The notes below the pieces were generated by a model, which saw nothing but the letters and a program-made list of their open reading frames with translations, had not been told where the DNA came from and searched no databases. From positions 341,661 to 405,660 of the forward strand of contig JBBIRS010000001.1 in NCBI GenBank assembly GCA_037441675.1: a DNA stretch of 64,000 bases. The letters run 5' to 3'. This document shows positions 38,551 through 48,725 of this stretch, in pieces. The stretch is from Planctomycetales bacterium. GTDB lineage: Bacteria; 4484-113. The translations under genes and the position numbers were made by a program. Within the stretch, counting starts at the first letter, position 1; each line of letters begins with the position of its first letter.

Positions 38551-39894
38551 ATGAGACATATACGGAGGGTTCTTTTTGGATTGCTCCCCATTGGTGTCTG
38601 GTTCATTTTGACGTCAAGCGCAAATTCGCAAATGAGCACTGCCGGACCTAGGGGAATACCTATCCCTCCTCCTGAGGGTATGACGCCTGAAGTTCCTTCA
38701 CCTCTTACAAAAGAGCCTGAAGTGTTCATCCCGCTACCAACCAAGGTATGGGCACAGGATCTTCCCAATGACAATGGCACAGGGCTGGTGGTAATCTTTG
38801 AAAAGGCGGAGGGGGAAACTGAAGAACAATTTTACATCGTCCTAATAGCTGAAAGCCCTGAAGGGCCCTGGTATGAGGCGGTTAGATTTCCTGCGGATAC
38901 TTCCTTCAAGGATGACTATAGTTCATACTTTCCAGGTTTCTTTTGGTTTAGGAAACATAAGGAGCCAAGAACCTGGCATGCCGCGGTAATTTCGGAAGTT
39001 TCAGTTGGAGAAAGAGTAATTCCAGAGAAGGGCAAGAACTACTACCTTAAGCTACTAGCTGAAAAACAGGGAAGGGTAGTGGAGTATCCGCAGCTCATGG
39101 AAGCTAGAACGAGAGTAAATTGGTTTCATACCGCAAGGACGAACAACCTCATCTTTGCAGTTATTTTTGGCGCTGTAATACTATACTACATTGCGCTCGC
39201 GAGAAAAGACCCGAATCTCTACATTAGAAAAATCGCGGGGCTGGAAGCGGTTGACGAGGCGATTGGTCGCGCCACTGAAATGGGCAAGCCAATTCTATAT
39301 CTTAACGGAATGGACCCCCTATCAACTCTCTCAACCCTAGCTTCCCTGAATATTCTCGGAAGAGTGGCGAGACGGGTGGCAAACTATGATAGCGAACTCC
39401 TCGTCCCTTCAAAGGACCCAGTCGTTCTATCTGTGGCGCAGGAGGTGGTTAAACAGGGTTATCTTGACGCAGGTCGCCCGGACGCGTACAAGGAGGACAA
39501 CGTCTTCTTCCTGACGGAAGACCAATTTGCATATACCGCCTCTGTTTGCGGAATTATGGTTAGGGACAAGCCCGCTGCAAACATATTTATGGGTTACTAC
39601 TATGCGGAAAGTCTAATTCTAGCTGAAACTGGTGCTACAACCGGTGCAATTCAAATTGCGGGTACAGACTCCACTTCCCAACTCCCCTTCTTCGTTACCA
39701 CCTGCGATTACACTCTCATTGGGGAGGAGCTTTACGCAGCAAGCGCATATCTTGCCAGAGAACCAAGGCTCTTAGGTAGCCTAAAGGGTCAGGATGTGGG
39801 CAAGCTATTTATTATGATTGTCATCCTTGTCGGCACTATTCTTGCGAGTGTGGGTTTTATGTTCGTCAGAGACCTTTTCAAAGCATTGGGATAA
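38551..39894 (+). CDS. DUF6754-like membrane protein with N-terminal extracytoplasmic domain
   Basis: Signal peptide; IRKIAGLEAVDEAIGRATEMGKP and TTCDYTLIGEELYAASAY motifs (family recalled, not searched). Confidence 0.7.
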   Translation: MRHIRRVLFGLLPIGVWFILTSSANSQMSTAGPRGIPIPPPEGMTPEVPSPLTKEPEVFIPLPTKVWAQDLPNDNGTGLVVIFEKAEGETEEQFYIVLIAESPEGPWYEAVRFPADTSFKDDYSSYFPGFFWFRKHKEPRTWHAAVISEVSVGERVIPEKGKNYYLKLLAEKQGRVVEYPQLMEARTRVNWFHTARTNNLIFAVIFGAVILYYIALARKDPNLYIRKIAGLEAVDEAIGRATEMGKPILYLNGMDPLSTLSTLASLNILGRVARRVANYDSELLVPSKDPVVLSVAQEVVKQGYLDAGRPDAYKEDNVFFLTEDQFAYTASVCGIMVRDKPAANIFMGYYYAESLILAETGATTGAIQIAGTDSTSQLPFFVTTCDYTLIGEELYAASAYLAREPRLLGSLKGQDVGKLFIMIVILVGTILASVGFMFVRDLFKALG

Positions 39895-39897
39895 GAG

Positions 39898-40584
39898 ATG
39901 CAGTTTCTTAAAAAGCAATTTCCAATCGTCTTGGCGTTCCTAATGGGAATGCTGATGTTCGTCAGGGAGTATGTCCCAACCGACTTTGCGGAGAGTGTTT
40001 ACAACTGGTATGTCAGGTGGGACATAATTATCGCAGGTTTTGCGGGGGTGTTAGCTATTATTTCGCTCGTTCACTACCACACAACTAAAGTAAGACGGCG
40101 CGTTCCAGGCTATGGTTATTCCATTATCACCCTTGCCGCTTTCTGGGTGATGCTCGTTCTAACCTTGATATTCGGCTTGGAAGCGAAGGTTGAAGGTGGG
40201 CTAACTCCCGGTCAATGGCTTTACAACTATGTCTTTTTGCCGAACCAGGCAACAATGTTCGCGACACTCGCCTTCTTCATTGCAAGCGCTGCCTTTAGGG
40301 CATTTCGCGCAAGAACCGCTGAAGCCACAGCGCTTTTAATCGCGGGACTAATTGTGATGATTGGAAGAGTGCCCGCGGGCGACGAGATTGTCAACTTCTT
40401 CTCTCGGCTCTTCGCGGGAAATGAAGTCGGAGCTTCCATTAGCACCTTTGCGGATTGGATTATGAACAATCCCAATATGGCGGGATATCGCGGAATTATT
40501 CTCGGCATTGCTCTCGCGCAGATTGCTCTATCTGTGAGAATTATATTTGGTATTGAGAGAACTTATTTGGGGGGCGGGGAGTAA
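39898..40584 (+). CDS. Conserved multi-pass membrane protein
   Basis: ~6 hydrophobic segments; AFFIASAAFRAFRAR motif; 3-nt gap to the upstream gene. Confidence 0.75.
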   Translation: MQFLKKQFPIVLAFLMGMLMFVREYVPTDFAESVYNWYVRWDIIIAGFAGVLAIISLVHYHTTKVRRRVPGYGYSIITLAAFWVMLVLTLIFGLEAKVEGGLTPGQWLYNYVFLPNQATMFATLAFFIASAAFRAFRARTAEATALLIAGLIVMIGRVPAGDEIVNFFSRLFAGNEVGASISTFADWIMNNPNMAGYRGIILGIALAQIALSVRIIFGIERTYLGGGE

Positions 40585-41441
40585 TGAAAAAATTCCTCAA
40601 GTGGTTTTTGAGTCTCGATAGAAGAATTATCTACGCGCTTTTAGCTATTGCGGTCATCGTACCTATCCTAATTCCCCTTAACGTTCGCGTATATCCGACC
40701 CCTGAAGTCACAGGAGTTTTTGACACAATTGAGAATTTACCGGAAGGCTCAAACATTATGCTCTCTGTTGATTATGACCCAGCATCAATGCCGGAGCTTT
40801 ATCCAATGATGAAGGCGATAATGCAGCACGTTATAAATAAAAGGCACAAGCTTTTTATCCTTGCCCTTTGGCCCCTTGGAACCGGCTTAGTTACTCAGGC
40901 AATAAGCGAGTTGAAGGAGGTTCCTGGAAACGAGTGGTGGACCGAAGGAGAAGACTATGTATTCTTAGGATATAAACCAGGGACTACCCTTGTGATAATG
41001 GGAGTTGGGCAGTCCATAAGAGATACCTTTGTAAAAGACTACACTGGCAAGCCCTTGGACACAATGCCGATAATGCAGGGTGTGGATAAACTCAAGCAGA
41101 TGGATTACCTGGTAATGCTAGAAGCGGGAATTGCAGGTGATTACTGGATTGTCTATGGAACGGAGGTGCACGATGTTCCTGTTGGTGCAGGAGTTACCGC
41201 GGTTATGGCGCCCCAGTATTACCCTTATCTGCAGGCGAATCAGGTGAACGGAATTATTGGCGGACTAAAAGGAGCTGCGGAGTACGAGGCTTTAATGGAT
41301 TTCAAAGGAAAAGCATCCCGTGCTATGGATGCCCAAGCCACCGTTCACTCTCTAGTATTCTTAGCCATCATCTTGGCGAATGTATTTACGGTATGGTTGC
41401 GCGCTTTGGAGCGGAAAGAAAGGGCAGGAGGTGTAGGGTAA
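40584..41441 (+). CDS. Conserved membrane-anchored protein (soluble domain between two TM segments)
   Basis: TAATG coupling; DYVFLGYKPG and GGLKGAAEYE motifs. Confidence 0.75.
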   Translation: MKKFLKWFLSLDRRIIYALLAIAVIVPILIPLNVRVYPTPEVTGVFDTIENLPEGSNIMLSVDYDPASMPELYPMMKAIMQHVINKRHKLFILALWPLGTGLVTQAISELKEVPGNEWWTEGEDYVFLGYKPGTTLVIMGVGQSIRDTFVKDYTGKPLDTMPIMQGVDKLKQMDYLVMLEAGIAGDYWIVYGTEVHDVPVGAGVTAVMAPQYYPYLQANQVNGIIGGLKGAAEYEALMDFKGKASRAMDAQATVHSLVFLAIILANVFTVWLRALERKERAGGVG

Positions 41442-42215
41442 ATGAACGTGGTTTTTGCGCTTCTATTACAGCAAGAATTGCCTTCAGGTTTCCTAGCTGG
41501 AATGCAAAAATTCTTCGGAAGTCCCTCTATGACAACAATCGGGATATGGATAGCTGCTGGTTTCACTTTGGCTATGTTCTCATTTATCTTTGGCGATAAC
41601 CCGCTCTTCAAGTTAGGTCAGCATTTGTATCTTGGACTTTCCGCTGCGTGGATAATGGCTCTAACATGGTTTAACCTTATAAAGCCAAACTTCGTATATC
41701 GGCTTATTCCATTTCTTGATCCTAAATACGGTCAGGCCGGCGCAACGCCTTTTGACCCTTGGGTCATCATCCCCGCGATTATGGGTATGTTCATCATTCT
41801 GCGTATAATTAGGCCTATAGCTTGGCTATCGAGGATTACCTTTGCCTTCTACATTGGTGGAGCAACAGGTATTGCCATTCCAAAGGTAATTAACGGTCTT
41901 CTTCTTCCTCAATTCTATTCAACTATAAACAGGATAGATGTGCTTCCAAGTAACGCAAGTGAAATTGTCCTTCTCATTAATTCCTTGATACTGCTCGTTG
42001 GCGCTTTAACAGTTCTCGTTTACTTCTTCTTCAGCGTGGAACACAGAGGGGTAATTGGAAGATTCGCTCGCGTTGGTATCTATTTCCTTATGATAGCCTT
42101 TGGTGCATCCTTCGGCTATACCATAATGGCGCGTGTTTCTCTCTTAATCGGCAGGATGCAATTTTTGCTTATAGACTGGCTTCACTTGAACAAAATATTC
42201 CCGGGCGCCGGCTAG
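41442..42215 (+). CDS. Conserved multi-pass membrane protein
   Basis: DNPLFK..QHLY.G, LVYFFFS.EH, FLMIAFGASFGYTIMAR motifs. Confidence 0.75.
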   Translation: MNVVFALLLQQELPSGFLAGMQKFFGSPSMTTIGIWIAAGFTLAMFSFIFGDNPLFKLGQHLYLGLSAAWIMALTWFNLIKPNFVYRLIPFLDPKYGQAGATPFDPWVIIPAIMGMFIILRIIRPIAWLSRITFAFYIGGATGIAIPKVINGLLLPQFYSTINRIDVLPSNASEIVLLINSLILLVGALTVLVYFFFSVEHRGVIGRFARVGIYFLMIAFGASFGYTIMARVSLLIGRMQFLLIDWLHLNKIFPGAG

Positions 42216-42217
42216 TT

Positions 42218-44437
42218 ATGTTCCGAAGCTTCCGTTTATCCATCCTTTGCTCAATCTTTTTTGTCCTTCTGAATGCCTTTTTCATAAGTCCTGCGTCCCT
42301 TGCTAAGGATAATAATCGTTTAGATTCTCTTCCCGCCAAAGTTGAAGTTGACCCATACGGAGTAGCTCACATTACCGCTAATAATCTCAAGAGTCTCTTC
42401 TTCACCTTTGGTTACATATCCGCAAAGGATAGACTCTTCCAGATGGACGTAACGAGAAGAAAGGCTAGGGGAACTCTCGCAGAAATCGCAGGAAGGGATA
42501 GATTGGAAGAAGATATTCTTGCAAGAAGCGTTGACTTTTACCGCTCAGCTGAGAAAGATTTGGCTTTGCTTATCGGTAAATCACCTGAAGCGGAGACAAT
42601 ACTAAACGCCTACTCAGAAGGAATCAACAGTTACATCTCTGATAACGGTCTTCCGCCTGAATATTCAATTCTTCCACCATTTGAGCCATGGAAGCCCATT
42701 GACACTCTTGCAATCGCAAGAAGTGTAGGCTTTATGCTTGCTGAAGACTTTCAATCAGAGCTTATAAGATTTCGGCTTCAAAATGCAGGTGGCACCCAAG
42801 CTGAAAACCTACAAAAAACTTTAGACGCGCTGGCTAAGCTGCCTCTATTCCCGATTATTTCCCGCAAAACAGAGCCTCGCTCTGGATTTGCTTCTGCATC
42901 TGAAAAAGCTCTTGGTAGTAACGCTTTCGTAATTTCTGGAAAATTTACCGATGGATACCCATTGCTTGCCAACGACCCTCACCTTGAGATTACCTTTCCG
43001 TCAATTTGGTATGAGGTATGGCTTACCCTTGATGGCAAGTTTTCCGTGCGCGGAGCGTCCATACCCGGCACTCCTTTAATCGCAATTGGTGCAAATGAGT
43101 ATTACGCCTGGGGAATAACCGCACTTCAAGCGGACAACCAAGACCTAATCCTTATTGAAAAAGAAGATCTACCAGCGCTTTTTGACGCCGATGAAATTAT
43201 CAAATCAAAAGCAACATTCAAGATTAGCGAAGGATTGAGGACTTTGGAGGAAGAAAGGACAATCACCTACATTCGTGGCCTTGGACCGGTAATTGCGGAA
43301 GAAGATGGCAAAATGCTGATTCTAAAGTGGGTTCAAGAAACGGAGAGCCTTGAGCCACTGGGCTTTTATTTGCTTTCCACTGGTAGGACAATTTCCGATT
43401 TTGAAAGGGGGATTAGCCTAGCGCAGACGCCTTATGCCTTTCTCTACGCTTCGCGAAAGGGCGACATTGCCTTTTTTGCGCGAGGGCTAATCCCCATTCG
43501 GGATTACGAGTCAAGCATTCCCCAATTGGTAAACAGTTGGAGCGACTTACAGAAGTATAAGTGGCAATTCTTCGAGCCAAGCTATCTGCCTAGCGTAATA
43601 AATCCAGATGAGGGTTACATTGTCTCGGCTAACAACCCGCCGGAGCTGGATGGCACGGGTAAGCCTACATTTCCGGGAAGTTACTCCGAAGGGACACGCG
43701 CGCGGCGAATCTCTATGCTCATCAAACAAAAACTGGCAAATGACGGGAAAATATCTTTGGAGGAATTGGCAGAAATTCAAAGGGACACTTACTCTATCTA
43801 CGCGGAACAACTTCTGCCAGTCTTTGTTGAGCGAATAAAGAGTGGCAAAAACGAACTCAGTTCAGTTGAGGAAGTTGTCACTCAAGCGCTCATTAGCTGG
43901 AATAGAATGATGGATGCAGATGAGCCAGGCGCGCTCATTTGGCGTCTCATAGAACATAAACTTATTCAGACTGCGCGTGAAAAGTACGGCGCGCTATATG
44001 CGACCTATGATATGACTGCCCTTGCTATTCAAGGCTCTTCCTGGTTTTCCTTCACAGAGGAGGATTTAAGGGACGCTCTTTCTTTCGCTACTCAAAATTC
44101 ATTTAGTGAAAACGGAACGATTTTGAATTATGGCGACAGGCATAAGATAAGGATGATTCATCCGCTTCCCATTTACTCGCTAGCGAGTCCTGGCGAAATT
44201 TTTGCAAGCGGTGGTTTCAGATGCGTGAATGTTTCAGTCGGCTCTTTTCACGATAGCACTTTTTACAAGGACTTCGGCGCAACCTTTAGAATGATAGTTG
44301 ATTTAAGCTCTCCCCTTGAGAGGTACTACTCGGTTATTCCCGGTGGGCAAAGCGGAGATCCCAAAAGCCCTAATTTTTCTGACCAGGTTGAACTTTATAC
44401 CTACAATACTTACAAGTACTTCAACTCTAATGGATAA
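42218..44437 (+). CDS. Penicillin acylase family Ntn-hydrolase, secreted
   Basis: DPYGVAHI, DRLFQMD, GSNAFVIS (nucleophile Ser), LANDPHL, SANN, PGGQSG.P.S. Confidence 0.9.
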   Translation: MFRSFRLSILCSIFFVLLNAFFISPASLAKDNNRLDSLPAKVEVDPYGVAHITANNLKSLFFTFGYISAKDRLFQMDVTRRKARGTLAEIAGRDRLEEDILARSVDFYRSAEKDLALLIGKSPEAETILNAYSEGINSYISDNGLPPEYSILPPFEPWKPIDTLAIARSVGFMLAEDFQSELIRFRLQNAGGTQAENLQKTLDALAKLPLFPIISRKTEPRSGFASASEKALGSNAFVISGKFTDGYPLLANDPHLEITFPSIWYEVWLTLDGKFSVRGASIPGTPLIAIGANEYYAWGITALQADNQDLILIEKEDLPALFDADEIIKSKATFKISEGLRTLEEERTITYIRGLGPVIAEEDGKMLILKWVQETESLEPLGFYLLSTGRTISDFERGISLAQTPYAFLYASRKGDIAFFARGLIPIRDYESSIPQLVNSWSDLQKYKWQFFEPSYLPSVINPDEGYIVSANNPPELDGTGKPTFPGSYSEGTRARRISMLIKQKLANDGKISLEELAEIQRDTYSIYAEQLLPVFVERIKSGKNELSSVEEVVTQALISWNRMMDADEPGALIWRLIEHKLIQTAREKYGALYATYDMTALAIQGSSWFSFTEEDLRDALSFATQNSFSENGTILNYGDRHKIRMIHPLPIYSLASPGEIFASGGFRCVNVSVGSFHDSTFYKDFGATFRMIVDLSSPLERYYSVIPGGQSGDPKSPNFSDQVELYTYNTYKYFNSNG

Positions 44438-44518
44438 TTCATTAAATATAAGAGGTATTCTCTATTTGTTCTTTGTTCCTGGTAATTTAATAAATTTTTA
44501 ATTCTTAGGGTAAAAAAT

Positions 44519-45268
44519 ATGAACAGATTAATCTTCAGAACATTTACTCATTCCTTAGCCTTTGTGTTAGGTTTTTCCACGGTTTTTGTAGTTGCATTTG
44601 GTTTTCCATCTGCATGGATAAGCCGAGCAATCGTGGATTATCAAAAGATAATTGGATACATAGGAGGGATGGTTCTAATACTTCTTGGCATCCATATCAC
44701 CGGTAGCCTATGGGGTCTTACTCCCTTTAAGTTCTTGTTAAGGGAAAAGGCGTTACATCTCTCAAATAAGCCTTCGGGCTACCTAGGCTCGTTTATGGTT
44801 GGGGTCTTCTTTTCCGCAGGATGGACACCCTGCATCGGACCAATCCTTGCTGCCATCTTCACACTTGCCACAGCCACGCCCGGGGCAGGCATCGCTATGA
44901 TGCTTGCATATTCCCTTGGGCTAGCTATTCCCTTTCTCCTGATTTCCCTTTTATTCAACTGGTTCTTATCCAGCCTAAAAGTAATTCGGCGCGCCATACC
45001 TGTTATCAATGTTTTCTCAGGAATTTTGCTCATCGTTGTTGGCATTCTACTAATGACTGGCGGTTTAGCCAAGCTGAATACCTATGCGGCACAAATTACC
45101 ACATTCACCGGCGAAGAATACCTCTCTGGATATTCTCTCAACCTTATCATTGCACTTCTCGGCGGGTTTCTCTCGTTTCTATCACCCTGCGTCCTTCCAA
45201 TGGTGCCTAGCTACATTTTTTACATTACAGGGCTTACATTCTCCGACATAATGCCAGAAGGCGCCTAG
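44519..45268 (+). CDS. ccdA: Cytochrome c biogenesis/thiol-disulfide transporter CcdA, circularly permuted
   Basis: FVLGFS, WTPCIGPIL and YSLGL motifs; the normally N-terminal SFLSPCVLP is at the C-terminus. Confidence 0.85.
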   Translation: MNRLIFRTFTHSLAFVLGFSTVFVVAFGFPSAWISRAIVDYQKIIGYIGGMVLILLGIHITGSLWGLTPFKFLLREKALHLSNKPSGYLGSFMVGVFFSAGWTPCIGPILAAIFTLATATPGAGIAMMLAYSLGLAIPFLLISLLFNWFLSSLKVIRRAIPVINVFSGILLIVVGILLMTGGLAKLNTYAAQITTFTGEEYLSGYSLNLIIALLGGFLSFLSPCVLPMVPSYIFYITGLTFSDIMPEGA

Positions 45269-45344
45269 ATTGAAGTTCTAAAAGCTTATCTGCGGAAGTG
45301 GTAGCACAGCTGGAAGGATTTTATTTTCAAACCTAGATTTTTCT

Positions 45345-46223
45345 CTACACCTCCCCCTTACCCGCTTTAGACAAAAGCAGAATTGGCTCTCTTGTTAGCT
45401 CCAAATTCCTCGTAGCGTTTGCATCGGATGTCTTTTCAGGATTAGGAAGTATCTCACCCTTTTCGTCATAGAAGGCCAGAAATAAACCAAAATCATCTTC
45501 AAATAGAATAAAATTGCCAGCGCTCTTCTCCTCTTTCAACTGCTCACCTGTGACTAGATTTTTTGCGTAATCTAAATCTGGATAAAATGGTGAATCCCTA
45601 AACTCCGTTAATGTTTCAGCCTTACTAGTCTTGAAGGCTCTTCTTATAATATCCGCTTGATAGTAAAAGGTGCGGTGCAACTTGTCGCTGTAATACTTGC
45701 GCAGAAGTGACAAGTTCTCACTCACTTCTCCCTCATATCTTGGGCTTATGGCAGATGGTTGAGGAAGGTTCATAATGTGCATTCTTCTCGTTTTTTCTGA
45801 ACCTTTTATGTAGATAATAATAGCCTCCTCCTGTCCATGCTCAATCCAGATATCGCCAGTTTCTTGAGAGCTTCCGTCAAGAGGAATTTCTCGGCTCAGG
45901 TAGTAGTTGAATGGTCTCTTGAGCATTAGTTGCGCCTCATTTATCTCTTTGATGTTCTTGGGATACCTACCCAACTCATCCGCAAAAGCCCTGGAACCAA
46001 CGTAAACGTATAGCCCTACCGCTTCCAGCTTTCTAAGTTTAGCCTGGCTTTCCGTATCTTGCGCCTGCGCATTGATTTTATCCTCGCCAGATTCTTTAAC
46101 AGACTCTTTGCAACTGAAAAAGCTTAGCAGAAGTAGGAAATAGCATATGTAAACAACTATTGATACTATGGAAAACTTATTCGGTCTGAGATTTTCCGTC
46201 AGCAAATTTCTTAAGGCTTTCAT
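45345..46223 (-). CDS. Hypothetical lipoprotein
   Basis: Hydrophobic stretch ending FFSC; 292-aa ORF. Confidence 0.55.
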   Translation of the reverse strand: MKALRNLLTENLRPNKFSIVSIVVYICYFLLLLSFFSCKESVKESGEDKINAQAQDTESQAKLRKLEAVGLYVYVGSRAFADELGRYPKNIKEINEAQLMLKRPFNYYLSREIPLDGSSQETGDIWIEHGQEEAIIIYIKGSEKTRRMHIMNLPQPSAISPRYEGEVSENLSLLRKYYSDKLHRTFYYQADIIRRAFKTSKAETLTEFRDSPFYPDLDYAKNLVTGEQLKEEKSAGNFILFEDDFGLFLAFYDEKGEILPNPEKTSDANATRNLELTREPILLLSKAGKGEV

Positions 46224-46267
46224 ATTTCTACAAATAACGCTTCAAAGGGAAAAATTAAACTTATTAT

Positions 46268-46921
46268 CTACGCTGAAGACTTAAATGTAAATTTTGGTTC
46301 TTTGCCGGTTAGCAAACGAGCAATGTTTGATCGGTGGGTGAAGAGTATAAATCCAAAGGTTAGAATTCCTAGTGGAAGATAGGGATCAAGGTCATTTACT
46401 AGAATTGTTATTATGAGGAAGGAAAGAGATGCGGTAATTGAACCTAACGAAATGTAGCGGAAGAGAACGAAGAAGAAAGCAAAAGTGATTAGAGGTATAA
46501 CAAGCCAGATCCCAATAAGGGCGGTAATCGCGCCAAGGGCGGACGCAAATCCTTTCCCCCCGCGAAAGCCGAGCCAAGGCGTAAAGCTATGCCCTAAAAT
46601 GCAGGAAATTGCCACGAGGCTGAACCAAAATTCTGCAGAAGAAAAATATTCCGAGAATTGAAAAGAAGTTTCATTAAGTTGGTTTATCGAGCCGTTGAGG
46701 ACTGCTCTTGCGACTAGAACAGGTGCTAGTCCTTTCATAAAATCAAGAAGTAGAGTGGAAAGACCTGCGCCCCACCCAAAATTCCTCCAAACGTTCGCCA
46801 TTCCAATGTTGCCCGAGCCGAGTTTTCTGATGTCTTTGTGGTAAATTCCCCAAGAAATTAAATATCCAAATGGGATTGAGCCAGAAAGATAACCCGTAAG
46901 AATTAGTAAAAGATAAATCAC
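46268..46921 (-). CDS. plsY: Glycerol-3-phosphate acyltransferase PlsY
   Basis: YLSGSIPFG, DIRKLGSGNIG..N, GH, FRGGKG, HRSNIARL..G.E. Confidence 0.95.
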   Translation of the reverse strand: MIYLLLILTGYLSGSIPFGYLISWGIYHKDIRKLGSGNIGMANVWRNFGWGAGLSTLLLDFMKGLAPVLVARAVLNGSINQLNETSFQFSEYFSSAEFWFSLVAISCILGHSFTPWLGFRGGKGFASALGAITALIGIWLVIPLITFAFFFVLFRYISLGSITASLSFLIITILVNDLDPYLPLGILTFGFILFTHRSNIARLLTGKEPKFTFKSSA

Positions 46922-46982
46922 AATTGGATTATATCAAGGCGGGTAGTTGCCACCTGCTAAAATAGCCCAAGGCTTAGAGTAA

Positions 46983-47783
46983 ATGAAGGAAAATCACTTT
47001 AACCAATCTGAGATTCAAGGGTTAATTTTTAGCTTCTTCCTCCTTTTCACATTGTTTTTGCTTTTTAACTTAATCCGAGAAGAGGGTTCATTCGCGCAGG
47101 CGTTCCCTCCACTTAGTGGCCATCCCCTTTACTCTTCAATGAATGCCAAAGACCTCCTCCCATTTCTAAACACTGTTCGAAGAGAGGTGGGCAAAGAGCC
47201 CCTATCCGAAACGGATACCACTGAGATGCCAAAGCTTGGTATAGCAAAAGCCTTTTATGAATCAATATCAGCAAAGGTGATAGATGAAAGAAAAATTGTT
47301 AACAATGAAAGCCTCTTTGTTGCTTTAACAGTCCTGACGCTAGAGTTTGTAGAAATACTAGACGCATCATACGGGGTAATTCCACAAAACTCGAGGCGGT
47401 ATAAGGTTAAAGAACCAAAGAGCGGAGTAGAAATTGCAAAGCAGAACTATGGGAATTTAACGCGCGTATGGTTTGCTAAAAGCTCCTATTCAAATGAGGA
47501 GTATCCAAAGGGCTACTTTACGTGACTTTGGGAGGCAGGGCTTGGCGACGAATATCCAAAACCAGCAGAGGATTTACCGCCTGAGTTTTACACCGCGCGG
47601 CTTTTACACGTGGTTATCTACGAGCCAGTCCCTGAAATACTGAAGGAGTATGCCAATGAGCTTATACCGCCATTTTTAGATTTAGCGGGTTATATGAAAG
47701 ATGTAGCGCCGGGCTCATCCTCCTCGGGAAGAATACTAAGGGCCCTATACCTTCAGCGAGGGCGCGCATCAAAGCCACGTTAA
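46983..47783 (+). pseudogene. Hypothetical membrane-anchored protein interrupted by one in-frame TGA
   Basis: After TGA at 47523-47525 the same frame stays open for 85 sense codons to TAA at 47781-47783, ending just before the convergent gene. Confidence 0.55.
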
Positions 47784-47786
47784 CTT

Positions 47787-48725
47787 TTACTCGGATACAA
47801 CTATTCCTTCCTTCCGCTTCCACCAACCAAAAACCATCCGTTTAGAATTGAACGCATACCCAATCCTACCAAGATAATCCACAGCGATTACCCCAGCCCT
47901 TCCACCGGTTTTTTTCTCAAAAATTGATATAGCGAGCTGTCCCGCTTTTATAGGTGCCAGCCCATTTGCGACTAAATCGGCGCAAGATTTTGCCAAGACC
48001 GCTTTCATAATTGCCTCGCCGATACCGGTTGCGGAAACCGCGCAAATATTGTCCGCGTAGGTTCCAGCGCCAATAATTGGCGTGTCTCCAATTCTCCAGG
48101 ATGGCGCATAGAATATTCCTCCAGTTGATGTCGCAGAGGCTAGGCGCCCATAAACATCCAGCGCTACCGCTCCAACGGTTCCGTGATTGTCATAATCTTC
48201 CGCTGACATTTTCATTTCTAACGCTCGCCTTTCCCACTGCTTTCGTCTCCATTCCGAGATTAGACTCTTCTCGCTGATTAGCTTTAGTCTATGCTCTTTG
48301 GCGAATCTCTCAGCCCCCTCCGCCACCAGAAAATTACTTCCAAGCTCTTCCATTACGCGCCTGGCAAGCTGAATTGGATTTTTGACTCTACTAACAGCGC
48401 CCACAGCGCCAAAATTTAGTCTGTTCCCATCCATAATGCAGGCATCCATCATCACCCTTCCATCGCTTCGGAGCGCAGAACCAAAGCCTGCATTGAAAAG
48501 CTCATGGTCTTCAAGCATACACACCGCGCGCTCAACCACATCCAAGGCGAAGCTTCCTTGCTCAAGCTCAGGCGATACTTCCCTAAGAACCATAAAGAGC
48601 ACTTTGCGCATTTTCTCAAAACGCCTTTTCTGAATTAGTCCCGCTCCACCGTGAATAATAAGCGCAATATTTTTTGTTTTCCCAGGCATTATTCCTATAT
48701 TCCTCGGTTCCTTTACTTTTGGCAA
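47787..48725 (-). CDS. iaaA: Isoaspartyl peptidase/L-asparaginase
   Basis: IHGGAG, FNAG.GS, GTVGAVALD, ATSTGG, RIGDTP..GAG.YA; true start probably 48689. Confidence 0.92.
   Translation of the reverse strand: MPKVKEPRNIGIMPGKTKNIALIIHGGAGLIQKRRFEKMRKVLFMVLREVSPELEQGSFALDVVERAVCMLEDHELFNAGFGSALRSDGRVMMDACIMDGNRLNFGAVGAVSRVKNPIQLARRVMEELGSNFLVAEGAERFAKEHRLKLISEKSLISEWRRKQWERRALEMKMSAEDYDNHGTVGAVALDVYGRLASATSTGGIFYAPSWRIGDTPIIGAGTYADNICAVSATGIGEAIMKAVLAKSCADLVANGLAPIKAGQLAISIFEKKTGGRAGVIAVDYLGRIGYAFNSKRMVFGWWKRKEGIVVSE

Noticed and set aside
47523..47525. Genome-wide TGA reassignment
   Set aside because: leuS, hypB and hdrA end at TGA at the expected positions, and TGG is used normally.
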